A stretch of 63,875 bases of DNA, the filler included, from Octopus bimaculoides (Eukaryota): assembly GCF_001194135.2 (NCBI RefSeq). It is 8 parts of 8 records of this genome, joined end to end, with 100 filler letters (N's around TTAATTAATTAA, not from the genome) between each part and the next. Parts side by side here need not be neighbours in the genome. Positions count along the whole stretch, not along the records: positions 6,091 to 21,279 come from NC_068989.1; positions 21,380 to 27,401 come from NC_068993.1; 6 more parts are not named here. One strand, given 5' to 3'. A program made the translations under genes and the position numbers. The stretch's first letter is position 1. Each line of letters opens with the position of its first letter. The notes beneath the pieces are model-generated. The model worked only from the letters and a program-made list of their open reading frames with translations, did not search any database and was not told where the DNA came from. Of this stretch, positions 11,248-26,023 are shown one piece after another.

Positions 11248-12215
11248 ATGTCTGAAATGTATAAAATGGCACTTATTCTGCGAAACTTCTTGTCTGTATG
11301 TATGAGATCATGGAGAAACACACTGACATTGAACAGTGGCAATGAATCTCTCAATGCTGGAGATGTAAGAATTACATGCGTCATTTTCCAGGGTGACTTT
11401 CTATCACCACTCCGTTTTTGTCTAGCCTTAATACCTCTCTCGAAATTGCTCGATGAATACAATATGGCTGTAAAATGTTTGATAAACATATAAATCATCT
11501 CTTTTACATGAATGATTTAAAGTTCTTTGCAAAAAATGACCAACAGCTACAGGGCTTACTAGTAATAGTTAAACAATTCAGTGATGACATCCGGATGCAA
11601 TTTGGCCTCGATAAAAGTGCAAAGAAAAACTGACAGAAACATCCAATGTTAATCTTGGTCAGTAGAATGTCGTAAAGGAGTTAGAACCAGCGGAAAACTA
11701 TAAATACTTAGGGGTATTTGAAAGTGATGGAATCAAACATTCAATGATGAGGGAAAGGATCAGAGAGAACGTTATCACAGGGTAAGGTCAATACTCAAGA
11801 CAGTGCTGAATGCAAGAAACACCATCGAAGCGATCAATACTTGCGTGATTTACAGTTTCAATATCATTAACAGGTCAATTACTGAAATAAGTAATCTTGA
11901 CAGAAAAATATGAAATTTGTTGACATTACATAGAATGCACCACCTTAAGGCAGATAGAGAACGACTTTACCTGCCAAGAAAAGAGGGTAGCCGTGGAATT
12001 TTACAACTGGAATTAACAATGAAGATTGCCACAATTGTCCTAAACACCTACCTGAAAAACTCTGTTGACTGGATGTTAAAACTTGTCTTAAAGCAACAAA
12101 ATAAGAAAACATCATACTCAGTAACAAAACAGGCAAAGAAATATCTAAGTGAATTCCAAATACAACAAATCCAAGAATTAGATGTACTGGAAACAGTGTG
12201 TCACCTGAGACCTAC
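11248..12215 (+). mobile_element. Non-LTR retrotransposon RT fragment, R4/Dong-like (RLE class), inactivated
   Basis: Across frameshifts: IFQGDFLSPLRFCLAL, INHLFYMNDLKFFAK (YMDD decayed to YMND), MQFGLDK, YKYLG, HRMHHLKADRERLYLPRKEGSRG. Confidence 0.85.
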
Positions 12216-12244
12216 TTTCCATTTCTTCATGCTACAGCTAAGTA

Positions 12245-12355
12245 ATTCTTCTTCTTTTTCTTTTTCATTTCTTCTTCTTCTTCTTCTTCTTCTTCTTCTT
12301 CTTCTTCTTCTTCTTCTTCTTCTTCTTCTTCTTCTTCTTCTTCTTCTTCTTCTTC

Positions 12356-12398
<43 letters not shown>

Positions 12399-12424
12399 TT
12401 GTAGTAGTAGTAGTGATGGTGGTG

Positions 12425-12484
<60 letters not shown>

Positions 12485-12485
12485 A
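12245..12485. repeat. Compound microsatellite (CTT)n(ATT)n(AGT)(GGT)n(AGT)n
   Basis: Directly visible. Confidence 0.97.
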
Positions 12486-14201
12486 CGGTGGTGTCGTGGT
12501 TTTGTATTGTGGTTTGTAACTTAGACATGTGGCCAACGAGTTGCCAGAGAGGGTGTTAGTCGATTGCACTAACTGCAGTACTTGACCGCTTCCTATATTT
12601 CATCGAACATCAAAGGGATGAAAGGCAAACTTAACCAAGGAGAGGTTTTGAAGGTGGAATATAACAAAATGGAATTAATACCTCAGAGTAATATGACCAT
12701 CATAATACGGTGTTATTTACTACCGCCCGCTAAAACACAGGTGTCTGAACTAACTTCATTTTCGGAGCTCACTGCTTTCTGTGTCTCTGTGTGTGCGGTA
12801 TATTTCGTTATGGAGAGGCAAATAGAGAGATGATAACATTGTTACACATATGTATGTTTGGAAATTCTGTCTTAGTCAAAGTGACAGGAAAAAAAAACAC
12901 GCGCTTCATATAATATAGATAAAGATAAATATGATAGCCACGTTTTCCTCGTCATATATTATTGTTTTATCAGAAATGCTAAATATTTTCTTTTGTCTGT
13001 TTGTTATTTGTTTTCTTGTATTTTTATTTTAACTTTGCTGTGTTTTTATGCAGCTACATAACGTAAAGTTTTGTGCAGAGAAAAATATATTCCTGGACAA
13101 TTCTTTCTGGATTTATCTTTATCAGCAAAATGGTGACAAAAAAAAAGAAAGAAAAAAGCAAACTGATCGATCATTGATAACACCAAATCGATAAAATTCT
13201 ACTACTTTCTATCTTCCGGCGCTAGATAGAAATAGAGAATGAAATGTTTCGTTCAATCTTGATATCAGCTGAGTTTTAAAGAATTTATTCTTTCTAGGCG
13301 TGTAATTTCTGAAGTCAATACGACCTCGTATTTTGCCTATGCTTTTTGTGTGTGTATTACAAGCCATGCATTTGAATACAATGTAAACATTTCAAATTAT
13401 TTATGTGCATATCAGTTTCTCTAACCGAAGCAGTTACCACTATTTCATTATTTCCCATTTATAGCCGTTTTAGATAGCTTTAGCCGTTTTGTATCGTATT
13501 TCTCTTGATATACGCAGTTTTTTGTTTCAATAAATTTTGAAAACAATAATTTATTGAAATATCTTTGTTATTATTTTAGCTGGTGTTTGGAACATAAATT
13601 AGTAAAGAATTTTGACAGAAACTATTAAGATGACTTTAAATAGGGAGGCTCGTATCATAGGACCAGGACCGGTTTCCGGAGGGTTGATAACAAAAGTGTT
13701 AATCATTTTGTCACTAATATTCATATCACGAATATCTAATACAGGACAACATCGATTTTCCAGAACCTTTGGTGCCAATGTCCTTCTGATTACTGATTTT
13801 TCCAAACCAATGGAGGTCGCTTCAAAATTAAACAAATATTGAATTTATTTAAATGATTAAATGTAATACAGATACATGTAAATTAGTGTAAACTACACAA
13901 ACTATTATACAAATATATTTATACTGTACTCTGTAACATGCTGTGTGACAGAGCCGCGCAGTATCTCGTGGCCGTGTTGATTTGATATTTCAGCTCGTAA
14001 ATAAGGGTTTATAGACGATCAAATATAAGCAGCCAGTTTAAAACAATGTGCCGCAGGTGTGCTGATATTTGAAAAACAATTTAAGCTTTTAGAACATCCA
14101 TTCCTTGGCTAGCGCACGTTGAAAAACGTTCTAATAAAAATTCTTTACGAAGAGTTCCCGTGTTCCAGTAAATTTTTCATTAGATCGCTTGTGTGTCACG
14201 A

Positions 14202-14278
14202 TGTAAAGACCATTGCGTGATCTGATACATAGTCGTTTTGTAAAGACCATTGCGTGATCTGATACATAGTCGTTTTGT
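14202..14278. repeat. Perfect 37-bp tandem duplication
   Basis: tgtaaagaccattgcgtgatctgatacatagtcgttt at 14202 and 14239. Confidence 0.9.
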
Positions 14279-14296
14279 GAGTGTTTATGAGTGTGC

Positions 14297-14372
<76 letters not shown>

Positions 14373-16574
14373 GAACTTCGGAAAAAAGTTCCCATACATA
14401 GGATAGAGTAACGTTATGCTGTAAGTGCCCAACTAATAGAGTCATTAAAATGCCCGCTCAATGAGCTCTGAGTTACATCTCACTGAAATCAACCTAGCCT
14501 GTTATCCTTGCTGGGTCGATAAATAAAGTCTTAACTATGTATTTGGGGTGATTCTTGTCTTTCTCTTTCCCTAAAATTGTCATATCTAGAGTGGGATGTG
14601 GCCCATCAATCTAAATACTCAAGAAACGCCGTATGTCGCCACAGTGCTCCTACGATACCATTTAGCGTCTGCGACTGAGACAAGGCGAGTTAAAAGGCTA
14701 TATATAACCCAAGGAGAATAGCTTAAGCAAGAATTTTAATGAAATTTAATGAACATAACCCTAAAAGTAAACAAACACTTTTGCATGTTATCGTATCTTC
14801 ATAGTTTACGTATTTTTCTCGACTACTTTATGAAAAATGTCCTGGTTAATGAGTTGACATATTGGAGGAAAACTTCAACAATTACTAACTATCAAAAAAA
14901 ACATTGTATAAGTAAGCTGACATTCAAAATTAAACTAATAATTCGAATTATTTACTGCATGGGTCATCTAGTATCATGATTATATATCCTACTTATTTGT
15001 TCACTTTACGTAAACATTTTGTTTTATTCCCGTAATAATGTTGCTTGAAATATTTGCTACCAGGATGCAATAATTTTAAACATAATGTAATTTATATTCA
15101 TATATCTTCATGAATAGATAAACTGTTTCTTCGTTCTCTTAATATAAACATTGTTTAATTCCCATCATGCAGTAAGCATTAAGCCTGAAATATTGGACAC
15201 AGAGTGTTCCGGCAAAATTTGACGGTTTTTAATGTCTTTTATTCGGGAAGAGCTTGGTATGCTGGTGATCAGTTAACGGTGTTGGAGAGCATAAAGATTA
15301 AAATTATGGTTGAGAAAAAGTTAGCTGACATGGAGGACAGAAAGCCGTTGGGAGCGATAAAATAAGTACCAGTTGAGCACTGTGGTCGATGTAATTGACG
15401 CTTCCCCGAAATTGCTGGCCTTGTGCCAAAACTTGGACTCAGCATAAATCACCTGATTGTGACTCGTGTTCTGTGCTATCAGAGCTCATGGCAGAGATGT
15501 CTTTTTGTGTGTATATCCACATGGTTATGGTCTCAACGAAATAAAGTAGAGGAATGGCTGAGAGTTCTAAGCAGAAAGAGCTACATTTTAAGGAATGGAG
15601 AAGTAGACGTGATAGCTTTAACTTTTCCATAGGATTTAGAAACAAAGGTAAAAGGTACTTTCACGGGGGAAACGAAACTATGGCGCATCTCAGCTTGCTT
15701 GGTGCATAGCTTTTACTAAAGAAAACACCTTAGAGAGTAATATAAAATGAGTGATCCACTGAAGAGAAATGTATGTTTTATCACAAATTCAAACGTTCAG
15801 AAATGTTTCAAAAGATCGATAAAATTCCGAAAAAATTAACCCCTTCTCGCCATCCCCCTTTTCTGCTTTTATAGAAACATAAAACGGAAGGAAGGATGAA
15901 TTTGGAAACTTTCATTCATTTTTTTCTTTTTAATGCGAAATTGATATCTTTGTATAATGGTTAAAAGACGGGAAACAAAACGAGAAGATGAAAATCCCTC
16001 TTGATAGTATATTTTGTGTCCCTGTTTTTATAGTTCTTTATAAAACCCATAATTACAGAGATAATTTCTATTTCAAAATACATAGATTTTACATTTTACT
16101 CTCCAAGTGTTTATGTATTTGATTAATTTCTTCAGTTTCTTTTAAGTTTATATTTTAGCAGCTGCTGGTAGAGGAATATCACTTAGGAGATATCACGCTA
16201 AGCAATAAGTGATCCATGAACATTTAAATAATCTGTAAGAGTAAATTCTCTCAGGATATAGTTATTTCTTAAATGTTATGGTATATTTACTGATGTATAT
16301 ACGCACAACCCTTTTTCGTTCGCAATTTCATACTGATGTCAGTGATTTCCGTTTAAGAAAGAAAAAGAATACTGAATTCTATAAATGTTTATATATTCTG
16401 TTAAATGGCAACCAGAAATAATGCAATTAATTGCTTCTTCAGAATTTCTACATATTCTTCAGGTACATTTCGATATTCAAATAAACTTTATATTTTCATA
16501 GTTTTTCGTGAATCGTACTTTGATCATTCGCAGCGATCAAAATTCCCTAGAGATATGATCAAATAATAAATCAT

Positions 16575-16760
16575 TTGATCATGCACTTCTTTTGCTCTCA
16601 CTACCGATAAATTTACCAATGGAAAGGCTTACAGTAGGTCGCTTGACTACTAGAAATAGCAATTGTATCTCATACAAATACTACCTCTCCATTTTAAGAA
16701 AAGAGTGCACATATGATGATAATGTCGTCACTGATGCACTATGTCTGAAACAAAAAGAAA
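16575..16760 (+). mobile_element. Possible Gypsy-type RNase H remnant
   Basis: FDHALL...GRL...DNVVTDAL resembles TDH..L...RL.RW...DNVVADALS; heavily decayed. Confidence 0.22.
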
Positions 16761-17170
16761 TCGACAAATTGCTCTGTCAGGATAGACCTGGAGTTACACA
16801 ACAACAGCCTCACTAAGTATGTATATGTATAAGAAGCCTTTTACTGAATTTAAGTAGTAAAGTTTTGTCGGTAGACTCGGGTTAATGCAATGTAGCGAGA
16901 TAACGGAACGTGTAAAGTATTGATAACTACTTTTATGTCACATATTTGATTTGAATCGTCTAGTTCTCAATAATTAGGCAAGCTTCTGTACAGATTTAGC
17001 GTTTCAAATATCACTTATGTTTGATGTATTGGTCAAATGAAGGCGGAAGTAGAAAACACAGTCTCACTCTGCTACACAATGCGACCGAACCTCATGTTTA
17101 GGAAGCAAATTTCCTATTAGCATAACTACATTTCCAGCATGTTTTTCATTATTTTTATACCTTCGTAATA

Positions 17171-17419
17171 CAGTAATCCCTAGCCATATCGCGGTTCACC
17201 CATCGCGGTTCACCCATCGCGGTTCACCTATTGCAGTGTATTAATTAAGCTTACGTCGAATCCTCCGTGGTGTTGTTTTGTATTTTTAATAAAATAGATA
17301 TATACAATTTATAATAACAATAAAAGAAAATACAGTACAGTACTATTTTTACTTCGCGGATTTTCACCTATTGCGTGGGGTTTTGGAAAGTAACTTCCGC
17401 GATAGTCGGGGGTTTACTA
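17171..17419. mobile_element. Tigger/pogo-type MITE
   Basis: TA-CAGTAATCCCT...atatcgcg left end; cgcgatagtcgggggtttacta-TA right end; homologous to 52830-53149. Confidence 0.8.
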
Positions 17420-18144
17420 TAAATACATTAATTGAATTATCTGTTGATGTATTTTTCCGAGCAAAGTTTCTTAAACAGGTTATTACGCTGTTTCTGCAGT
17501 ACCCAGAAAAAGTTTTAAAGGGGATCGCGACGCATCGGATAAATGCTTAGTGGCATTTCTGCCGGCTCTTTACATTCTGAACTGAAATCCCTTCGCCCAC
17601 AACTTTGCTTTCGTCATTTCAGAGTCGATAAATTAAAGTGCCAGTGAGGCACTGGAGTCGGTGAAATCTGCTTGACGGATGGACATCTCAAAACTGCTGG
17701 GTATAAACCAAATCTTGAAACAAATATTAATGTTTAAGGTCTATATCTATGCGAAAGAATGGTTAGTTATATTCACCTAGAGGCTTTAACGTTATATGGA
17801 AAAGCAATGTTGTAACGTATTAAACAACAAAGATTGTATTTGATTTCAAAACACAATCATTTGTCTGAACCGATACAGATTTCCAATGTTCTCTCGACAA
17901 TTTGATGACGCAGGCTTATGCACGAGATTAACATTTTCGGAAGTAGTGAGCAGAGAGAAATTTATGGGAGGAAAATGCAAACCCTGACATTTCAGATTCT
18001 TCAACTCTTTATCTTGATCTTTCGGTTACTCGAATTTACAGAGCGTCAAATTTTAAAACTAGTCCATATCTCTCTCAGTAGATGATTTCCAAAGACATCA
18101 AAACGATTTTCAGAAGGAATAAGATAATAATAATAATAATAATG

Positions 18145-18208
<64 letters not shown>

Positions 18209-19520
18209 TAATAATAGCGACAACAGCAATATGTTCTGTGTTTAGTAAAGAGTACGCCTGAATTGTCTTTAAAGTTATCTTGTTAGAGAAAGGCATTATA
18301 ACATGTTTTATCAATGTCGCTCGAAAGTCACAGAAAATTCTTCTGAAATATTTACAAAATTATGGATGATGAGGGAATATATGGGTATATACGTAGACGT
18401 GTGGTTAAGCAATTTTGTTCTATAACCGCCTGTTTCTAGGTGCGTTCCTGTAATATGCCACATTGGGAAAATGTTTTCTTATTCTGTTTTGTGTTGACCA
18501 GTTGACCATTAAGCGAATATTAGTACGGGAGCCCATTGTTTTCATACATTAATGTCAAGTTACGTCCCTTTATGTTAATAGCAGATAACATAACTTGTCT
18601 ATAAATGGTGATTACAGTATTATATTTAAGAAAGAAAAAAACTGAACAAATACTGATGATGTAATCGGCAAAAACACTTGGATAATGTGATCATCTATGG
18701 AAACAGTTCAATGACAAAAACAAATAAAAGAAAGAAAAAGAAGGAAGTGCGTGTATGAAAGTATATATATATATATATAGGCAATATATGTGGATATATG
18801 TGTATATCCATATATACACATATATCAATTAATATTTATCAGAAGTAACAGAGTGGCACAACGAAAGAAACTGTCGGACTTTAATTCACTCTTTTAGTTC
18901 TACTTTTCACAGACATACGCTTATTGATGTGCTGAAAAAAGACATTTACAGGAAAAAAAAATAAAATAAAAATAAACAGACGTGAAGTCACTTATCTCTC
19001 ATCAGTGGACGACCGATATCATCATAATTTCGATACTTTCCGGTAATATTATTGTGTTTGGTGGTACCAGGCTCTGTTCAGGCTTGGATATACCTTTTCC
19101 CTTGTTTTCACCAGCCTTTTCAAAGCTACCCAAAGTGGCAGTTCTGAGGAAGAAAGGTATTCTCAACCAAATTCTTGATACATTATGGATTCTGCTGAAG
19201 ACACCCGAGTTCCAATGTTGTGGTGTTTAAATGAGAGATTGATTAAGCCTTCCATCCAAATAGACTATGGTGAGATTTGATAACGCATCGCATATGGAAG
19301 GGCATTCTTACAATTGCGTCAATTCACCCCACAGATTGGTATATTTCATATCCACCTTCAAAGTTTGAAATGCAAAGATTGGCTCGGTGTGATTTGATAT
19401 CAAAGTGCAGAAAGTGGCATCAACGACTGCAAGGCATTTTAGATGCCATTCTAAAGAGTCTGCCATTACTAACGTACTTGCATATATACAAAAATACATA
19501 CATACATTCATGCATACATA

Positions 19521-19562
<42 letters not shown>

Positions 19563-19685
19563 TATACATATACATGTATATATATAAACATCTATAGATA
19601 TACACATACATAGAAGCATGTATGTATGTAAATATATATCTATTTGTCTAGCAAGCTATCTATATACACATACATATACATACAG

Positions 19686-19730
<45 letters not shown>

Positions 19731-19759
19731 CATATCTATACACATATGCATACATGTAG

Positions 19760-19793
<34 letters not shown>

Positions 19794-21243
19794 GACGTGG
19801 ACAGAGAATAATGAATAGCCTAGGTAGTAAGGTCGATAGTACATCGTATTTACCAATGTCTTTGAAGTCGTTAATAACTGGATACGATAGAAAGACGCAA
19901 TGCCTGTCTATAGGTATGCTTCGACAAAAGACTACTACCTTAGTATTTCCGGTATGGCTACTGGCACTTTTTTGTTTTCTATGATGATTTCACTGGAGAT
20001 CCTCTGAACGCTATGATAGTTATTTACCTTTGAATGTAAGTAATCTCTTTGAAAAATATCTTCAAAGAGATTTCAAGTACTCTAAAGTAAATTATACAAA
20101 ATAAATACGAACTTAATTCTATTAAATTTTACATATATTTCCGTAATTTTTAAAGAACTTTTAGATTTGATCGCATTATTTATATATATATATATATATA
20201 TATATTTGTATTTTTTGTAGCTATATTTTTTGTTTTCTAAGATATAATCTAATCAATATTTGAACTGATAAAGAACAGAGCTGCTCTTTTTGTTATTTTT
20301 TCCTCCATCTTTTTCTCAAGATATAATTTATCTGCATTAAGCATAAGATATAATGTTTTTTTCTTATCTTTGATAGTAAATATCTGGTTGGGAAAATATT
20401 AATTCATTCTTGAGAAATTATGGAGAAATAATTTGAAATAGTTCTCCAGATTTTGCGAGAACATTGACAAAATGCCTGTTAGATGTAACTAAATGAGAAT
20501 CTCTCTTATTATATACATTTTGAAATTCGGTGTAAAATTCCATTGTTGCATGGCTGCTTGGTTAAGCGTATCGTTCCTCAAGAATATGCTTTCGCATTTC
20601 AATCCAATGCCCAGAACATTGGGTAAATGTCTTCTAGCATAACTTCAGGGTGATTAATATATATTAGTGAGTCCTGTGGAAATTCCACATAACGAAAAAG
20701 ATTAAGAGAAGCTATTTAAAAAAGAAAGAATGATTTTTATTTTTATTTTGCTAAGTTATTTCACATCCAGTCACAATAAAGTGTTAAGCATTTTATATTT
20801 CTCTCTTTCTCTCTACCTATTCAACAAACTTTTTAACCATGTACTTCTCCTGTTCATGTCTGTAGCGTTTCTCTCTTTCTCTGAACCTTTCCCTCCCCAG
20901 CCTACAGCATATCATTAACACATTTCTCTCCCGCTATTCTCTCACCTTCTTTTTCTCTCGCTCTTCGCCTCTCCCTTCAACTAACCACGAGATGCATTTG
21001 TCCTTAATATATTATCATACTCCTTTCGTTTTTTACTTACAGTTCTCTCCACCTCGCTCTCACTTTTACTCCACCTTTCTAACTAAAGTATAACGGGCAA
21101 ATGAACACGATTATTGTATTGATGTGTATATACGTATGTAGGTAGGTATGCATATGTACACATACACATACACCACACACAGCTGCGCGCACGTCTGTTT
21201 ACGTGTGCGCGTGCGCATAGTATGAGTAAAAGAATGCTCTACA

Positions 21244-21279
<36 letters not shown>

Positions 21280-23209
21280 NNNNNNNNNNNNNNNNNNNNN
21301 NNNNNNNNNNNNNNNNNNNNNNNTTAATTAATTAANNNNNNNNNNNNNNNNNNNNNNNNNNNNNNNNNNNNNNNNNNNNTATACATATATATATATATAT
21401 ATGTGTACGAGTGTATGTGTGTGAGGGTTTGCACTGCAGCACTCAGAATAAAACAGTATGAAACGCATTTCAGTGCAAATGTAATCTATCAAAATCTTCT
21501 GAGGATGGCATAATGTCTCAGAAATTATTTTTCATTTCCTCTATATCCCCATTCTCATTTGATGAACGTAGCTTATTTAACCCACAATCATTCAGTAGGG
21601 ATACTTTTCTTCTAGATAGATGTTTGACTGCGGTATTGTGGACAATAGTGTCCATATGGAGATAATCCGCTTTATGGATATTTCTTCGAAATCATTTCCA
21701 CTCACCTGAAGTAACACTTTGAAATAGACAGATTCTGAAGCGCTCACAAAGATTATTTTAATCATACGTTTAGATACAGTTATTCATTAGAATAATCTAA
21801 TGATATATACATATGTATAAATGTGTTTGTGCGTATGTGAGCATCCAATAATTTAATTCATGTGATAGTTTCTTTAGGAAGTGGACACAGCTATATAGAC
21901 CAAATAAAGAGGCCTCTTTGACGGAGACTACACTTCATAAGGAACAGATTTGTTTCCCATTATATAGATGATAACCTTAAGCGAACACATACAGTGAATT
22001 GTAGGGAATCTCCGACCAAACATCTCTGTGTTCCCCATCTACCAGCACAGGAAACAATCGCTACATAACAGCGATTAAATAAAGGGGATAGTTTTATTGA
22101 AACGTATAAACCACGCTTCAATATGAACACAATCTATTGTGGATTTGGGAAATGTTTTATTACTAATTTTGTGCATATTTCAATTCATTATTTTGATTCA
22201 TGAATGAATATTGTCATATTACATATACTATAAATGTACCCTCCAAGAAAGCGTACCTCCACAAAAATGTACTCCGCCAAAAGTGAAATTACCTCCCCTG
22301 TTTCTAACACTATCAAAAACCACTTATCTTCAATTAGATTTAGTTACATACTGATTCATTTACAATTAAACTCTCATGCAACCAAGATAGACTAAAAACA
22401 CCTTAAGATACTTCGTTATTCTAATATTTTCACCAATTTCCCAGTCATGATTGTAAAACGTGAAAACGGTAGATTATATAAACATTATATCGTATAAAAT
22501 ATATATACGATATTACGATATACATATTGTGTGCGTTTTCACTGCTTTGATATAGACTTTATTCTGTGTGGAAGTGGGAGGTTAATGTCTGCAAGTTTCA
22601 AATCCCAGTATGAACAAATTTACAGTTCAATAGTACGGTAACGATATCACCATAGGACCAGTCAAATACTGGAGTATATGGTATCGACAAACTACATTTC
22701 AGTATTGCCTAAATTAGAAAATATGAACGCCTGTTTGTGCATGTGTACATGGGTAGATTTGTTAGAGTGATCGAAATGTAAGTAGATTTGATAGGTAGGT
22801 AGAGAGAGAGAGAGAGAGAGAGAGAGACATGGAGCAATGGGGAGAGAGCGAGAGATGTCAATGGTGTGGCACTGCTACACTTTATAACTTTCTGCAGGAA
22901 TAAATTTAATCTATATTCAAAATCTCAGCTCCTAATCCAGGAGAAACCCGTGTTGATTTTGTAATGAAACAATGTAAATCTTTAGTAAGTATTTTATACA
23001 TATAAAAGTTGACTAACATATCTAAACATTAAATGCTTTGTCCACATATCCAATAGCGTACTGCAGACTCAACAAGACAGAAAAAAAAGCTTTTAGTAAT
23101 TGTGATACTTTAATATTTAATTATTCTTATTCATTGCTTCAACAATGTTCACTATAGGAATTTGTTTTTTGGTTGTAAATTAACGAGGAAGCTCAGTTCA
23201 AGGGTACGA

Positions 23210-23600
23210 CGATAGAAATATAGAAAACAAAACAGTAGAGTATATTCTCTCTGTTAACAAATTATGGGCCTTCTACGAATTCATTGGAAGATATAACAAC
23301 CACATGTCTTTTCAGTAAAAATAACATTCGACAATCTTAAACATTCGAATAACACATTGGAAAGTGAAGTCATAGATATAGAACCAAATATAGAAAATAT
23401 TTTGTGCAGAATAATTCAGTGAAATTGAATATTCTACGTTCTATAATAGCTTGGAACAAACTATAATAGAACTTGCAAACAAATTATCCATTTACATTGA
23501 AACAAGAATTATAAAGACTCTTGTTGGCAAGTATTAGTTAAAAAGAAATTTTTCATCGCAAATCTTACAGTCATTAAACATGCATACATGAAATCAGGAA
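23210..23600 (+). mobile_element. Penelope-like element GIY-YIG endonuclease remnant
   Basis: KTVEYILSV, G..STNS, GRYNNHMSF (23286-23312), HST, WKVK, CIH across frameshifts resemble the PLE endonuclease pattern VYKATV..YIG..F.RYNNH.SF..HST.LS..IW.LK..C.H. Confidence 0.5.
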
Positions 23601-24158
23601 TATACAAAAATACTTGTAATTGTATACATATAGAAATCTTACAAAAAAATAAAAAAATAAAATATCTAGTTAATAGAAAAATATTCCTTAACAGTCCGTG
23701 TTTTATAACTGGATAACAAAAGCACCACGGGCGGGTATGCACATAGGACTAATCAATAGATTAAAACACAGATTATATGTTTATTTAACTTACACTTATC
23801 GATTAAAAACTCAGCATGGTTTAGAAATAAAATATATAGTAAAAAATACAACAAATGTTTTTACCAAAACAAAAATATTTTATAAACTTTTTATTAATTA
23901 TAAACAACAAAGTTTCTAATTAAACTACCAGACTTCCTCAACAATAATAAATAAATTATGGAGGTTGCAAATTTGTATTTTGTGTGTTTTCTTTAATTTT
24001 CAAGATTATATATTTATATATATTTCTTCGTATTTTTAATGTTACTACACTGTATAGTAATTAGTTTTTTCTATAATTTATATTATATATGTGTGTGTAC
24101 ATACGTGTATACGTCGCAAACACACATACGTACGACCATAGACGTATGCATATGTGTG

Positions 24159-24230
<72 letters not shown>

Positions 24231-24288
24231 TGTGTGTGTGTGTAAATATATATGCATACACATATATATTTATACATGCGCGTATATA

Positions 24289-24321
<33 letters not shown>

Positions 24322-25679
24322 NNNNNNNNNNNNNNNNNNNNNNNNNNNNNNNNNNNNNNNNNNNNNNNNNNNNNNNNNNNNNNNNNNNNNNNNNNNNNNN
24401 NNNNNNNNNNNNNNNNNNNNNNNNNNNNNNNNNNNNNNNNNNNNNNNNNNNNNNNNNNNNNNNNNNNNNNNNNNNNNNNNNNNNNNNNNNNNNNNNNNNN
24501 NNNNNNNNNNNNNNNNNNNNNNNNNNNNNNNNNNNNNNNNNNNNNNNNNNNNNNNNNNNNNNNNNNNNNNNNNNNNNNNNNNNNNNNNNNNNNNNNNNNN
24601 NNNNNNNNNNNNNNNNNNNNNNNNNNNNAAGAAACCATGAGAAGTTTTTTTACTTTGCGTTTTTACATATAATCCAAGTACTTTCTTTTCAAAATTACTT
24701 TGTCCATGGCACAGCAATCTCTTGCAGAACAGAAATAAGATTCATACTGTGTACCTAGTAATTGCGTTTCCATGGAACACTTCTCGCCATTGAAAACCAA
24801 AATACTACTGTCGGTACTACTCTTGAATTGTAAAAGTATCTAATCTTTCCTGTTCAAATTTTACGTACGCTATATTGTGCACTACTTTTTAAACAAGGTA
24901 TAATATTGTGCTCTCAACTGAAACATATAAATTATAAATTAAGAGCCTGCATTTGGGCGGGTATTCGGAAAGATTACGTAATTATGTGCGCTGAGTTGCC
25001 TTCATCTTTCTGTGAAATGTATATTATCTAGGAATACGTCTGTCGTTGGCGAACATTCTTGTGAAACATTAATATATTATCTGCGTGACAGCATGAAAGC
25101 AGAGTTTAATGCAATTCATTCAAATATTCCACTGATATTCAAAAGATATGTTGAATATTATTTAATACGCTATGATATGGCAAAAAAGTGAAAATGATGA
25201 TTTTATTTCCACGTCGCAGTATATGAACTGTTTCTATGAATCACACATGAAATAAGTTTCGACTAATATATTGTGGCGACAATAACAACACAATAATGAT
25301 TAACTTTGCCGCTTAAGAGAGTACTATGTATATTTAATGCGTTTGTATTTACAGACAACTAGATGGGTTCCTAATCTCTGTGGGGTAATGTATTGTTTTT
25401 TTTTTCCAACAATTCCTACCGAAAACAAATCACACGGAAGAGGTGAAACTGTAGATTGGTAGCCCGGGCTGGTTTTATTGTTTTTGTTGCTGTTGAGTTT
25501 CAGACCAAATCGTCTTGATCAGGTTTATGATAAAATGGCATGCCAGCCGTGAAGATTCTGCGTATGTTTTTCAGAGACAGCATATCTATCACAGCACTAT
25601 GAGAGGAAATCTAGGACAGTACATATTGAGTTACTATTGTAATTGTGTTGAATAACAGGCCATAGTAGACTATATCTTT

Positions 25680-26023
25680 TGGAGAGTCCTGCCCCATTAT
25701 AGAGGAAAAAGGCCACTCAACTTCATCGATTACATCGGCAGCGAAAGGATATGAAATTTGAAGAATGCAGAAACCGATATTCCTAACGCAGCTGGTGAAT
25801 CTCATCTTGGTTGGAACGGTTTGAAGAAGAATATTTAGGACAGCGTTGCCACGCATTTTAAAACTTGGGACATGGTTTTCAAGAACATCAATAAATACGT
25901 ACGGGTAACCTTATTGGTTTCTATGTATCACTAATTGAACAGCGATGTATTGAGTTTGCAATAGGTGAACCGCGATGTACTGAGTGCGCGATAGGTGAAC
26001 CGCAATATGGCGAGGAATTACTG
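25680..26023 (+). mobile_element. Tigger/pogo deletion derivative: CENP-B-like HTH remnant plus TIR
   Basis: ESHLGWNGLKKN resembles ASxGWFxxFKKR; ends in gcgaggaattactg-TA, the same TIR family as 17171 and 52830. Confidence 0.5.
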
